Shown here piece by piece: positions 8,839 through 17,617 of a DNA stretch of 29,870 nt (positions within the stretch are counted from its first letter, which is position 1; every line of letters starts with the position of its first letter). Location: NCBI GenBank assembly GCA_902478395.1, contig CABSKZ010000001.1:1-29870 (forward strand), written 5' to 3'. The DNA is from an uncultured Eubacteriales bacterium (GTDB lineage: Bacteria > Bacillota > Clostridia > UBA1381 > UBA9506). The position numbers and the translations under genes are program-made. The notes below the pieces were generated by a model. The model was not told where the DNA came from and searched no databases. It saw nothing but the letters and a program-made list of their open reading frames with translations.

Positions 8839-10158
8839 TTATCTCCCGAACAAAACGCTGTTCACAACCGATTCCAGATATTCCTGCCGTCCGCTGTCGG
8901 CGCTTTCTGCATTGCCCAGCTTCAGAGCATATTCGGACAGGCTTTCCAACGTCGCCCTGCCCTCCACAATCTCTTTCCCGACTCCGCTGTGGAAACTCGC
9001 ATAACGCTTCTCAGTAAACTCGTCAATTCTGCCGTCACGAATCAGCCGGTCCGCAATCCGCAGGCCCAGCGCAAAGGCGTCCATTCCGGCGATATAGCCC
9101 AGCGCGATATCCTCACCCGCCATGGAGGCTCGGCGGAGCTTCGCGTCAAAGTTTAACCCTCCGTGCGTGAACCCGCCCGCCTTCAAGACCTCGTACATGC
9201 AAAACGCGGTCTCATAGACGTTTGTTGGGAACTGGTCTGTATCCCAGCCCAACAGCTGGTCGCCCTGATTGGCATCAATTGAACCGAATGCGCCATTGAT
9301 GCGCGCCACACGCAGCTCATGCTGGAATGTATGGGAGGCCAGCGTCGCATGGTTTGCCTCGATATTTAGCTTAAATTCCTTTTCCAGCCCATATTTCCGC
9401 AGGAATCCCAGCACGGTGGATGCATCAAAATCATACTGGTGTTTGGTCGGTTCCTTCGGCTTCGGCTCAATATAGAAATCTCCCGTATATCCCTTTCCCC
9501 TCGCGTAATCCACTGCCATCCGCATCAGACGTGCCATATTGTCCAGTTCCAGGCCCATATCGGTGTTGAGCAGCGTCTCATAGCCCTCCCGTCCGCCCCA
9601 GAACACATAACCCTGTCCGCCAAGTTCAATCGTAACGTCAATTGCCTTTTTTATCTGCGCGGCTGCGTACGCGAACACATCCGCATTGCAGGAGGTCCCG
9701 GCCCCATGCACATACCGTGGATGGTTAAAACAATTTGCCGTTCCCCAAAGTACCTTTTTATGATGCTCCCGCATCAGCTGTTTCAGCAGGGATACAATAT
9801 CGTCCAGATTGGCATTGCACTCTGCCAGGTCCTTTCCCTCCGGCGCAAGGTCCCTGTCATGAAAACAAAAATATGCAATGTCGAGCTTATCCATCAGTTC
9901 GAACGCCGCATACGCCTTTCTCCGGTAAATTTCCATTGGCTCGGTGCCGCCGAAGCTCTTGTCGACTGTTCCCCGTCCAAACATATCCGTTCCATCCCCG
10001 CACATGGTATGCCAGTAGGACAGTGCGAACTTCAGCTGCTCCCGCATCGTTTTCCCGCCGATCATTTCTTCTGGCTGATAAAATTTGAACGAAAACGGAT
10101 TTTTGGACTCTGGCCCTTCATACATTACCTTCGGCACATTTTCAAAAAATTCTTTCAT
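8839..10158 (-). CDS. xylA: Xylose isomerase (class II)
   Basis: [48 protein letters not shown] motifs; start 10158 after AAGGGAGG. Confidence 0.96.
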   Translation of the reverse strand: MKEFFENVPKVMYEGPESKNPFSFKFYQPEEMIGGKTMREQLKFALSYWHTMCGDGTDMFGRGTVDKSFGGTEPMEIYRRKAYAAFELMDKLDIAYFCFHDRDLAPEGKDLAECNANLDDIVSLLKQLMREHHKKVLWGTANCFNHPRYVHGAGTSCNADVFAYAAAQIKKAIDVTIELGGQGYVFWGGREGYETLLNTDMGLELDNMARLMRMAVDYARGKGYTGDFYIEPKPKEPTKHQYDFDASTVLGFLRKYGLEKEFKLNIEANHATLASHTFQHELRVARINGAFGSIDANQGDQLLGWDTDQFPTNVYETAFCMYEVLKAGGFTHGGLNFDAKLRRASMAGEDIALGYIAGMDAFALGLRIADRLIRDGRIDEFTEKRYASFHSGVGKEIVEGRATLESLSEYALKLGNAESADSGRQEYLESVVNSVLFGR

Positions 10159-10189
10159 TGCAAATATCCCTCCCTTTCCTTTTACAGTC

Positions 10190-10218
10190 ATCATACCGGA
10201 TATCACAGAAAAATCCAA
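10190..10218 (-). promoter_or_regulatory. SigA-type promoter for xylAB
   Basis: TTGGAT-17 bp-TATGAT on the minus strand. Confidence 0.55.
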
Positions 10219-10219
10219 T

Positions 10220-10255
10220 ACATTTTTTGTTTTTCTATAGACATATTCTGCTTTT
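10220..10255. promoter_or_regulatory. Tandem direct repeats with 21-bp period; putative AraC-family operator
   Basis: ACATTTTTTGTTTTT (10220) and ACATATTCTGCTTTT (10241), 12/15 identical, abutting the xylA -35. Confidence 0.55.
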
Positions 10256-10266
10256 TATGATACTCT
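10238..10266 (+). promoter_or_regulatory. SigA-type promoter for the AraC regulator
   Basis: TAGACA-17 bp-TACTCT with an extended TG motif. Confidence 0.5.
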
Positions 10267-10284
10267 ATAGCCGGAGGTGAAACG

Positions 10285-11136
10285 ATGGGAAAAGGTGTAT
10301 TTTACGAAACCATTCATAAGGCTTCATCCTCGCTGCCTTATCTCGACTTTCGCATGGAGGACATCAATTATTTCAGCCACTTTCACGAGGAGCTTGAAGT
10401 GCTGTTTGTTTCCGAGGGGAGCATGGAGCTTACTGTAGACACAAATTGCTATAACATGGAAAGTGGCGATATTGCCGCCGTTATGCCCGGAGAAATCCAC
10501 AGCCTGTCCACCCCAGTTCACAGCAGGATGTACATCATGAAATTTTTACCCGCCGGTTCCGCGGGTAGCGATGTGCTTTCCCGTATCCGTCTGCACAATC
10601 GTGTGATAAGGCCTACAGACGAAGTCTATCCGGCCTTTCAAAAACAGATTGAACGGATTTATTCGGAGGCCAGCGAAAGAAAACCCGGATTCGCGTTTGC
10701 CGTTCAAGCTGCGTTTCTGGAAATCATCACGCTGTTTCTGCGCACGGAAAGCCATACCGTAATTACCCTAGCAGAAAAAGACCGTTTAAACATCCGTTTG
10801 CAGTTGCTGCAAACCGTCAACAGTTATATTGAAGAAAACTATACACATGAAATTCCGCTTGCTGAAATTGCCGCCCACTGTAAATATTCTGTTTCCTATT
10901 TTGCGCACTATTTCCGCGAAATTTCCAATCTCAGTTTCGGGGAATACCTTATCCGGTTCCGCTTGGAAAAGGCAACGGGACGAATGCTCCTGACCGGGGA
11001 AACCTTAACCTGCATTGCCCTGTCCTGCGGATTTAATACCGTCCGTTCCTTTAACCGCATGTTCAAAAAGCATCTCGGTATCACGCCGTCCGAATACCGC
11101 AGCTGCCATCGCTCTGTTTCGGGCAGCGAACAGTAA
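10285..11136 (+). CDS. AraC-family transcriptional regulator (N-terminal cupin, C-terminal double HTH); probable xylAB regulator
   Basis: HFHEELEV cupin motif; YIEENY...IALSCGFNTVRSFNRMFKKHLGITPSEYR; divergent from xylA. Confidence 0.9.
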   Translation: MGKGVFYETIHKASSSLPYLDFRMEDINYFSHFHEELEVLFVSEGSMELTVDTNCYNMESGDIAAVMPGEIHSLSTPVHSRMYIMKFLPAGSAGSDVLSRIRLHNRVIRPTDEVYPAFQKQIERIYSEASERKPGFAFAVQAAFLEIITLFLRTESHTVITLAEKDRLNIRLQLLQTVNSYIEENYTHEIPLAEIAAHCKYSVSYFAHYFREISNLSFGEYLIRFRLEKATGRMLLTGETLTCIALSCGFNTVRSFNRMFKKHLGITPSEYRSCHRSVSGSEQ

Positions 11137-11151
11137 AATTATAATTTTGAT

Positions 11152-11181
11152 ACATATCCTCCCTAGCTTTTACAAATACTA
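11152..11181 (+). promoter_or_regulatory. Possible sporulation sigma-factor (SigG/SigE-like) promoter
   Basis: ACATA-18 bp-AATACTA compared with the SigG consensus GHATA-N17/18-CATAHTA; imperfect match in AT-rich DNA. Confidence 0.3.
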
Positions 11182-11220
11182 TTTCTGTAATATTGATTTT
11201 GTAACGGCAAGGAGGACGCA

Positions 11221-11448
11221 ATGGCGGCAGAAAGCACCTATTTCCATTTAGAAAATCTGGATGGAAAACATGATATGAAGGAAATCAAAAGGGGACTGGA
11301 TGAACTGCACGGCGTGACTTCCGTCAGTGTCAACACCGACACCCATTATGTCGCGGTGGACTATGACGGCGAGGACGTCACCCCGCATCAAATCGAGAAG
11401 AAGCTGTGCAAAATGGGCTATGTGGTTTCGGACAGGCCGCAGGATTAG
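11221..11448 (+). CDS. Small HMA (CopZ-like ferredoxin-fold) domain protein lacking the CxxC motif
   Basis: AAGGAGG RBS; HMA pattern LxxLxGVxSVSVN...VxVDYD...IEKKLxxMGY; LDGKHD at the position of MxCxxC. Confidence 0.75.
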   Translation: MAAESTYFHLENLDGKHDMKEIKRGLDELHGVTSVSVNTDTHYVAVDYDGEDVTPHQIEKKLCKMGYVVSDRPQD

Positions 11449-11469
11449 GCAAAAAGAAGGAGGATACAG

Positions 11470-11622
11470 ATGGCTAAACAGGGAATGAGGCGGTACCGGC
11501 CTGGCGACATCCATGGAGGAAGGCCGCCAGAGGATCATGAGCCTCCGAAAAATGATGTAGCTCCTGTTCCAGAAATACAGGGAAAGGCAAAATCCGGAAA
11601 GAAAAAAGCGAATCCTGCATAA
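11470..11622 (+). CDS. 50-aa Lys/Pro-rich small protein (MAKQGMRRYRPGDIHGGRPPEDHEPPKNDVAPVPEIQGKAKSGKKKANPA)
   Basis: Translated by hand; AAGGAGG RBS 6 nt before the ATG; 21 nt after the previous stop; ends in the terminator loop; absent from the ORF track (shorter than any ORF listed). Confidence 0.7.
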   Translation: MAKQGMRRYRPGDIHGGRPPEDHEPPKNDVAPVPEIQGKAKSGKKKANPA

Positions 11623-11645
11623 GCAGGACTCGCTTTTTTCTTTCC
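11596..11645. terminator. Bidirectional intrinsic terminator between the small-protein unit and mgsA
   Basis: 23-bp inverted repeat (22/23 match) GGAAAGAAAAAAGCGAATCCTGC-ATAA-GCAGGACTCGCTTTTTTCTTTCC. Confidence 0.85.
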
Positions 11646-11699
11646 ACACAACTCAACCACAACACAAACACGTCAGGCACATTTTGTCTTTGCACCAAT

Positions 11700-12104
11700 T
11701 CAATCCTTCGGATTGACGATGTCTCGCCAATCCAAGTCACCGCGTTCCAACCCGCGCACCAAAACTTCTGCCGTGGCCACATTGGTCGCCAGTGGAACAT
11801 TATGTACGTCACACAGCCGAAGCAGGGCGGATACATCCGGTTCATGCGGCTGGGCCGTTAACGGGTCGCGGAAAAACAGGACCAAATCTATCTCATTATA
11901 GGCAATTCTCGCACCAATCTGCTGGTCGCCGCCCTGTGGGCCAGACAAAAAGCGATGCACGTTCAACCCTGTCGCTTCCGCAACCAGACCGCCTGTCGTT
12001 CCCGTGGCGCAAAGCATGTGCTTTTCCAGAATGCCTCTGTAAGCGATGCAAAACTGTACCATCAACTCTTTTTTCTTGTCGTGTGCAATCAGTGCTACGT
12101 TCAT
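11700..12104 (-). CDS. mgsA: Methylglyoxal synthase
   Basis: [43 protein letters not shown]; start 12104 after AAGGAGG. Confidence 0.96.
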   Translation of the reverse strand: MNVALIAHDKKKELMVQFCIAYRGILEKHMLCATGTTGGLVAEATGLNVHRFLSGPQGGDQQIGARIAYNEIDLVLFFRDPLTAQPHEPDVSALLRLCDVHNVPLATNVATAEVLVRGLERGDLDWRDIVNPKD

Positions 12105-12125
12105 AGCACACACCCTCCTTGCTTA

Positions 12126-12401
12126 TTACCGTTTCGGCTTCATATTTTTAATCGGAATGTTTGCCATTAAAGCCGGAACCACCGCCGTTCCGTCCTCATT
12201 ATCCGTCTTAATCAATTTAATGTCGAGCTCGTTGTCGCTGATATCCATGTATTTCGATAAAACTTGGATAATCTCCCCCTTTATCATATCCAAAAATTCA
12301 GGGCTAACGCCCCGGTCACCCATCAGGACCAGTTTCAGCCTGTCTTTGGCGACATCCTTGGATTGTTTCTTTGAAAAAAACTTACTGAAAAAATCCATCA
12401 T
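12126..12401 (-). CDS. minE: Cell division topological specificity factor MinE
   Basis: SKDVAKDRLKLVL, EIIQVLSKY, ANIPI; follows minD. Confidence 0.93.
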   Translation of the reverse strand: MMDFFSKFFSKKQSKDVAKDRLKLVLMGDRGVSPEFLDMIKGEIIQVLSKYMDISDNELDIKLIKTDNEDGTAVVPALMANIPIKNMKPKR

Positions 12402-12413
12402 ATCACCCCTCCC

Positions 12414-13205
12414 CTATCGTGAAAACAGTTTCTTTAGTTTCGATTTGAAGCTGTTGGTGTTTTCCAGTTCCAGAAGCGGGACTTCCTGGCCCATAATGCG
12501 GGAAGCAATGTTTTTATACGCCTGCCCGGACTGCGATTTATCATTTAAAATAACCGGCTCGCCGCGGTTGGTAGAGACGATAATATTTTCATCGTCCGGA
12601 ACTACGCCAATCAATTGGATTCCCAAAATATCCATAATATCATCTAAATTAATCATGTCGCCGCGTTTTACCATGTCCACCCGTACACGGTTGACTAACA
12701 GTTTGTATTCCGTCACGCCGTATGCGTTGAGCATTCCGATGATTTTATCCGCGTCGCGCACTGCGGAAACCTCCGGCGTTGTCACGACAATTGCACGGTC
12801 GGCGCCGGCCACCGCGTTTTTAAATCCCTGCTCGATACCTGCTGGGCAGTCCAGTACGATATAGTCATAACTTTCCTTGAGCTCTTCACAAAGCTTTTTC
12901 ATCTGCTCCTCATTGACCGCGTCCTTATCTTTCGTCTGCGCCGCGGGCAATAACGATAACCCCGGAAAGCGTTTGTCTTTAATTACCGCGCTCTTAATTT
13001 TGCAAGCGCCCTCTATTACATCCACAAGATTGAAAACCACCCGGTTTTCCAAACCCATGACCAAGTCAAGATTTCTCAGCCCGATATCCGTATCAATCAA
13101 AATAACCTTTTTCCCGGCTGCGGCCAGTGCCGCACCTATATTAGATGTAGTCGTGGTTTTTCCCACTCCGCCTTTTCCCGATGTGACAACGATTACTTCT
13201 GACAT
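12414..13205 (-). CDS. minD: Septum site-determining ATPase MinD
   Basis: SGKGGVGKTT, DIGLRNLD, DCPAGIE, TPEVSAVRDAD; C-terminal amphipathic helix KLKKLF. Confidence 0.97.
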   Translation of the reverse strand: MSEVIVVTSGKGGVGKTTTTSNIGAALAAAGKKVILIDTDIGLRNLDLVMGLENRVVFNLVDVIEGACKIKSAVIKDKRFPGLSLLPAAQTKDKDAVNEEQMKKLCEELKESYDYIVLDCPAGIEQGFKNAVAGADRAIVVTTPEVSAVRDADKIIGMLNAYGVTEYKLLVNRVRVDMVKRGDMINLDDIMDILGIQLIGVVPDDENIIVSTNRGEPVILNDKSQSGQAYKNIASRIMGQEVPLLELENTNSFKSKLKKLFSR

Positions 13206-13393
13206 TCTTTTCCTCCTTGAATCTCCTTCTCATTGGTAACATACAAAATCAAATACCGGCTAGCAGCCGCCATTTTAACAAAACTTTTAAATTCTCATGC
13301 AAATATGTATCTATTCCGCTTTTCCGGCGGAAAAACGGCTTCAAAAAAATTCCAAACCGGTATAAAACCGGAGGCAACTTTTTTATTATCATT

Positions 13394-13422
13394 ATCATAC
13401 CATACTTTTTTTGTGAAGTCTA
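13394..13422 (-). promoter_or_regulatory. Internal SigA-type promoter upstream of minD-minE-mgsA
   Basis: TAGACT-17 bp-TATGAT with extended TG, inside the 238-bp minC-minD gap. Confidence 0.55.
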
Positions 13423-13443
13423 TATGAAAATTTACCTTAATTT

Positions 13444-14091
13444 TTAGCTTTTTTTTGTTAAATACTGCTCAATATAGACGGCCTCATCCTTGATATAGGC
13501 AATTTCTGGAATCCATTCCATCCTTGCCACCTCTCCGTCCGGACAACGCGATATAATATCGGCGATGCGGATTTGTGTCGGCAGCAAATTCAGTGCCACC
13601 ACAACCGCTTCCCGGTTTCCTGCCGCTCCGGCATGGACAAGTCCGCGCGCGGCTCCCATTACAATGATATTTCCGCCCGCTACCAGTTCAGAACCAGGAT
13701 TGGCATCCCCTATTACAACGAGATTTCCACGCGCCTCCACCAACTGGCCAGAACGGATGGTTCCCTGGTAAAACCGCGTCATTCCCTCGTTCACACCGTA
13801 CAATTCTTCTTTTTCTTCCGCAGCACGGCGCGGTGGCTTTGCCGGAGCTTCCCCCTGATCCTCAAAACTGATATCCGCCCCCACAAGAATTTCTTTAATC
13901 ACACCTTGAAGCAAATACAGTTCAAATTCGGAAAACGAATCGCTGACTAAGCGTATAACTGTCTTTCCAGACTTGAAGAAATCCTTCGTCGCCTCGAACT
14001 TTTCAGTAATCTGTTGTTTTGCGTCCTCAAGTGTCAGGTCGCTGTCAAGCAGAACTTGAATTCCGTCCTTTGAGCCTTTAATTGTAACCAT
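13444..14091 (-). CDS. minC: Septum site-determining protein MinC
   Basis: N-terminal VTIKGSKDG; TIRSGQ, GDANPGSE, GNIIVMG..RGLVHAG, PTQIRIA, PEIA. Confidence 0.93.
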   Translation of the reverse strand: MVTIKGSKDGIQVLLDSDLTLEDAKQQITEKFEATKDFFKSGKTVIRLVSDSFSEFELYLLQGVIKEILVGADISFEDQGEAPAKPPRRAAEEKEELYGVNEGMTRFYQGTIRSGQLVEARGNLVVIGDANPGSELVAGGNIIVMGAARGLVHAGAAGNREAVVVALNLLPTQIRIADIISRCPDGEVARMEWIPEIAYIKDEAVYIEQYLTKKS

Positions 14092-14119
14092 CTGTTTCTC
14101 TCTCCTTTTTCTCCCCTGT

Positions 14120-16186
14120 TTATGGAAGCAATTCCCCTACCGGTTCGGGCGATTCCGTTACCTCACCTTTCCCGATAAAATATTGTTGGAAAATATCTTT
14201 TGCTATCTGTGCTACGCTGCTCCCTGAGCCGCCGTGCTCCACAATGACCGCAACGGCAATCTGCGGATTATCGAATGGAGCGAAGCCTACATAGATTCCG
14301 TTTGCGCTTCCGCGCGAAACCTGCGCGCTTCCTGTTTTACCCCCAGTTTTGACCGGAAAATCTGCAAAGATAGACTTTGCTGTTCCCTCCGATGTAACCA
14401 TACCCATACCTTTGAGTACTGCGTTCAGGTTTTCCTGTTTAATATCTATTTGATGCCGGATTTCCGGCTTGGTTTCTTCTACTATTTCCGCATTGCTGTT
14501 CGACTTGACAGCCTTGAGCAAATGTGCTTTATAATTTGTTCCGCCGTTTGCAACGGTCGCCACGTAATTTGCAATCTGCAACGGTGTAAACAGGTTGTCT
14601 GACTGGCCGATTGCCGCCTGCAATACGTCGCCCGGGTACCATTGTTTTCCGTTCGCCTCGCGCAGCGCCGGCCCTGCCAGCTGCCCCTTAGATTCCTCAC
14701 CTTCCAGCTCAATACCCGTGTATTCACCCAGGCCCATCTGCCGGGCATAGTCGTCAATCACGTCGATTCCGATGCGTTTCCCTACGTCGAAGAAGAAATA
14801 GTTGCAGGAATCGCGCAGCGCCTGGGAAACGTTGATCGTGCCATGCGTTCCCCGGCTGGTCCGGTAAATTGAACACATAAAGTCCTGGTTCAGGTAATGG
14901 TACACGCCTTTTGTCAGCATGGTTTCAGTCGGTGTGAGAAACCCTTCCTGCAGAGCGCCGATTGCCGTTACCATTTTGTAGGTGGAACCCGGCTCATATG
15001 TGCCTAAAAGGGCTCGGTTGAACATTGGTTTGCCGGGGTCCGCGTTCAGTTTGGCATAATCAGAATTGAATTTTGCTGGATCATAAGTCGGATAGGAGCC
15101 GATTGCAAGGATCTCGCCGCTGTTTAAATCAATTGCCACCGCGGCGCCTGCGTCCGCGTCGCCTCCGTCATTTGCCCGGTGTGTCGCGGCAATTTTTCGA
15201 ATATTCCTCTCAAGGGATTCCTCCAGCGCTTTCTGTAAATCCAAATCAATCGTCAGCATGACGGAGTTGCCCGGAACCGGATCGCGGGAATAAACAATCT
15301 GACTCTCCCCTTCATTGATTTTCCGCTCGATGCTGTTGGTTCCGTCCGTCCCTTTCAGATATTTTTCAAACGCTTTTTCAGCCCCCTGTTTACCGAGATA
15401 GTCGTTCATTCCATAATTCTGGTCCTTCAGCGCCTCGTATTCCTCTGGATTGATGACGCCGACGCGCCCGAGAATATGCGCCGCAGTCGTGCCCTCAACG
15501 TATTGCCGGATGGGCTGCTGGAACACTGTCACACAGGAATACAGGTCGCGCTGCTCCTTGATTTTGCTGACAACATTGATATCGATATCGTTACCGAACA
15601 CATATGCGTTGTTAGAGGAGAAATTCCGAAGCTCCATTTCATAGCGGATCCCGATGATGGTACGCATTTCCTTCGCAGAATAGTCTGTGCTGACAGCATA
15701 TTTTTTGCGGTACTTTTCCAGAACCTCCTGTGCGGTGATGTCCGCATCATATTTCCGTTCCTTCAGGAACTTTTCCTTTTTCTCCTGCTTCGCCTCTTCG
15801 GTGTCTCCTTCAAAAGCAAATGCAAAGGGCTCGTCCTTTGTAATCGGGAAGGTGTCCTCATACTCCAGCGCCTCTTCCTGAAACAGGTTAGCGAGGTTCA
15901 AAATGACCGCATTTAATTTTTGTTTATCATCGTCTATTTTGGCTATCGCAATCGAATATCCGATGCGGTTCGTCACAAGCGGTCTGCCGTAGCGGTCGAG
16001 AATTTCTCCGCGAGGCGCCTTAATGGGGATGTTCCGCGCCAGACGGCTGTCGGAGATCTCCCGGTAGTTTTCCCCCTCAATAATTTGCAGCGTAAACAGA
16101 CGCTGCAAGACCAAAACCGCCAGCAGCGCCAGAAGGATATAAATCACAGTATATCTGCTTTTCCAGCCCTTCTTCTGCAAACTCAT
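14120..16186 (-). CDS. mrdA: Penicillin-binding protein 2 (class B transpeptidase)
   Basis: N-terminal TM, APRGEILDR, SxxK (STYK), SxN (SCN), KTG; mreBCD context. Confidence 0.93.
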   Translation of the reverse strand: MSLQKKGWKSRYTVIYILLALLAVLVLQRLFTLQIIEGENYREISDSRLARNIPIKAPRGEILDRYGRPLVTNRIGYSIAIAKIDDDKQKLNAVILNLANLFQEEALEYEDTFPITKDEPFAFAFEGDTEEAKQEKKEKFLKERKYDADITAQEVLEKYRKKYAVSTDYSAKEMRTIIGIRYEMELRNFSSNNAYVFGNDIDINVVSKIKEQRDLYSCVTVFQQPIRQYVEGTTAAHILGRVGVINPEEYEALKDQNYGMNDYLGKQGAEKAFEKYLKGTDGTNSIERKINEGESQIVYSRDPVPGNSVMLTIDLDLQKALEESLERNIRKIAATHRANDGGDADAGAAVAIDLNSGEILAIGSYPTYDPAKFNSDYAKLNADPGKPMFNRALLGTYEPGSTYKMVTAIGALQEGFLTPTETMLTKGVYHYLNQDFMCSIYRTSRGTHGTINVSQALRDSCNYFFFDVGKRIGIDVIDDYARQMGLGEYTGIELEGEESKGQLAGPALREANGKQWYPGDVLQAAIGQSDNLFTPLQIANYVATVANGGTNYKAHLLKAVKSNSNAEIVEETKPEIRHQIDIKQENLNAVLKGMGMVTSEGTAKSIFADFPVKTGGKTGSAQVSRGSANGIYVGFAPFDNPQIAVAVIVEHGGSGSSVAQIAKDIFQQYFIGKGEVTESPEPVGELLP

Positions 16187-16202
16187 TCACACCTTTAATC
16201 GA

Positions 16203-16706
16203 TCACCATTTTACCCGCTGCCGGGTTGCTGTGCTTTCTGAAAGCCGCCGCATAATTGGATACACCGGCACGGCAGCCACCGCGTTATACAACGCCCCCG
16301 GCAGAATTTTATGGAGAAGCGCAAACGCGATATCGGTTTCGCCCCAAATAAAAAACTGCATCATATAAAACAAAAATTCGTAGACAAAGGAAATAATCAG
16401 GACAAATACAGCGGCAACAAACACATTGTTATTAAAAAGCCCGCCGTGCAGCAGATAGCATAAAAACGCCGCATAGGTGCAGAGCAATGTGTTCACGCCA
16501 ACGACGCGGCCGCCGGTAAAGTCCAGCACCAGTCCACAGACCACGCCGAACACCAGCGCTTTCCAATCCCCTTTGCAAAGGCTGTAGCAAATCACCGCCA
16601 CAAGCAGGAGGTTCGGAATGACGTTGAAAATCTCCACAGAGCGGATGAGCGTCGTCTGAATGACTGTCAGGAAAAAGACAAATACGATTGTCAATGCATA
16701 CCGCAT
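16203..16706 (-). CDS. mreD: Rod shape-determining protein MreD
   Basis: Hydrophobic 167-aa protein with PNLLL and GLVLD motifs, between mreC and mrdA. Confidence 0.9.
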   Translation of the reverse strand: MRYALTIVFVFFLTVIQTTLIRSVEIFNVIPNLLLVAVICYSLCKGDWKALVFGVVCGLVLDFTGGRVVGVNTLLCTYAAFLCYLLHGGLFNNNVFVAAVFVLIISFVYEFLFYMMQFFIWGETDIAFALLHKILPGALYNAVAAVPVYPIMRRLSESTATRQRVKW

Positions 16707-16743
16707 ACCGCTCCAACTCCTTTTCTGTCATGATTTGTGCTGC

Positions 16744-17562
16744 CTATTCCGCTGCCGGCATCCGGATTACCATAACCTCCCGAATGCGTTCAAAGTCTAC
16801 TGCCGTATCAATAATTGCGTACTGGGAGTAGCCCAGCGCATCACTTTTAATCTCTGAAACTGTTCCAATTAAAATCCCTTTTGGATAAATTCCACCCAGC
16901 CCGGAGGTTTCAACCGTATCGCCCACAACAAGGCTGGTGTCGTTTGTTACATAATTCAACTTACATTTGCCCTCGTCGGCAAGATTCATTTCCCCATCGA
17001 TTATCGCGATGTCCTGCGTCCTGGACACAATTGCGCCGACCGAGCTGTCGGTATCAATAATCGATATGACCTTAGCCCATGTGCTTCCAACCTCCATCAC
17101 ATGGCCCACCAGCCCGTTATTCGTCACAACAACATCGTCCTTTTTGATGCCATGGTTGCTGCCCTTGTCGATTTTAAAAACATTGAACCAGTTGCCCGGG
17201 TCTTTGCCGATGACCTCGCAGCCAACCATGTCGTGCCCTGCCTCATTCGATTTCAGCTCGAGCAGCGCGCGCAGGCGGTTATTCTCCACCTTGTAGGACT
17301 CCATTTCCCGCACCTGCTGCTGTAGCTTTTCCACCTCGTCGGTCAGTTCAAGATTCCGTTCCTTATACTGCCGCATATCTCCCACAAACTCAAAAAAACC
17401 GCCGACGGAATTTCCAATTGAGGAGAAAAATTTCTGAAACGGCCCCACAACAACGCCTGTCGCGTTCGTTCCCGACACAGAAGCATTGTTGCTGACGAGC
17501 GCAAACGAGACACCCATAAAGATAAAAATCACAACCGTGATACTCAGCACCACTATCAGCAT
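16744..17562 (-). CDS. mreC: Rod shape-determining protein MreC (true start may be ACG at 17583)
   Basis: TM segment, coiled coil ENNRLRALL, IDKGS..GI, GLVG, ETSGLGGIYPKGI. Confidence 0.93.
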   Translation of the reverse strand: MLIVVLSITVVIFIFMGVSFALVSNNASVSGTNATGVVVGPFQKFFSSIGNSVGGFFEFVGDMRQYKERNLELTDEVEKLQQQVREMESYKVENNRLRALLELKSNEAGHDMVGCEVIGKDPGNWFNVFKIDKGSNHGIKKDDVVVTNNGLVGHVMEVGSTWAKVISIIDTDSSVGAIVSRTQDIAIIDGEMNLADEGKCKLNYVTNDTSLVVGDTVETSGLGGIYPKGILIGTVSEIKSDALGYSQYAIIDTAVDFERIREVMVIRMPAAE

Positions 17563-17617
17563 GGTTTTTTTATTCTTGTCCGTCGCAGGTCACCTCCCCA
17601 ATGTCATTTGCTGCGCA

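Noticed and set aside
11248..11845. Minus-strand ORFs 11248-11649 and 11474-11845
   Set aside because: They overlap mgsA, the terminator and the two plus-strand small genes, which have much better RBSs.
13286..13320. SigH-like promoter before minD (GGA...GAAT on the minus strand)
   Set aside because: Spacing of about 20 nt is too long for SigH and the AGGA is imperfect.
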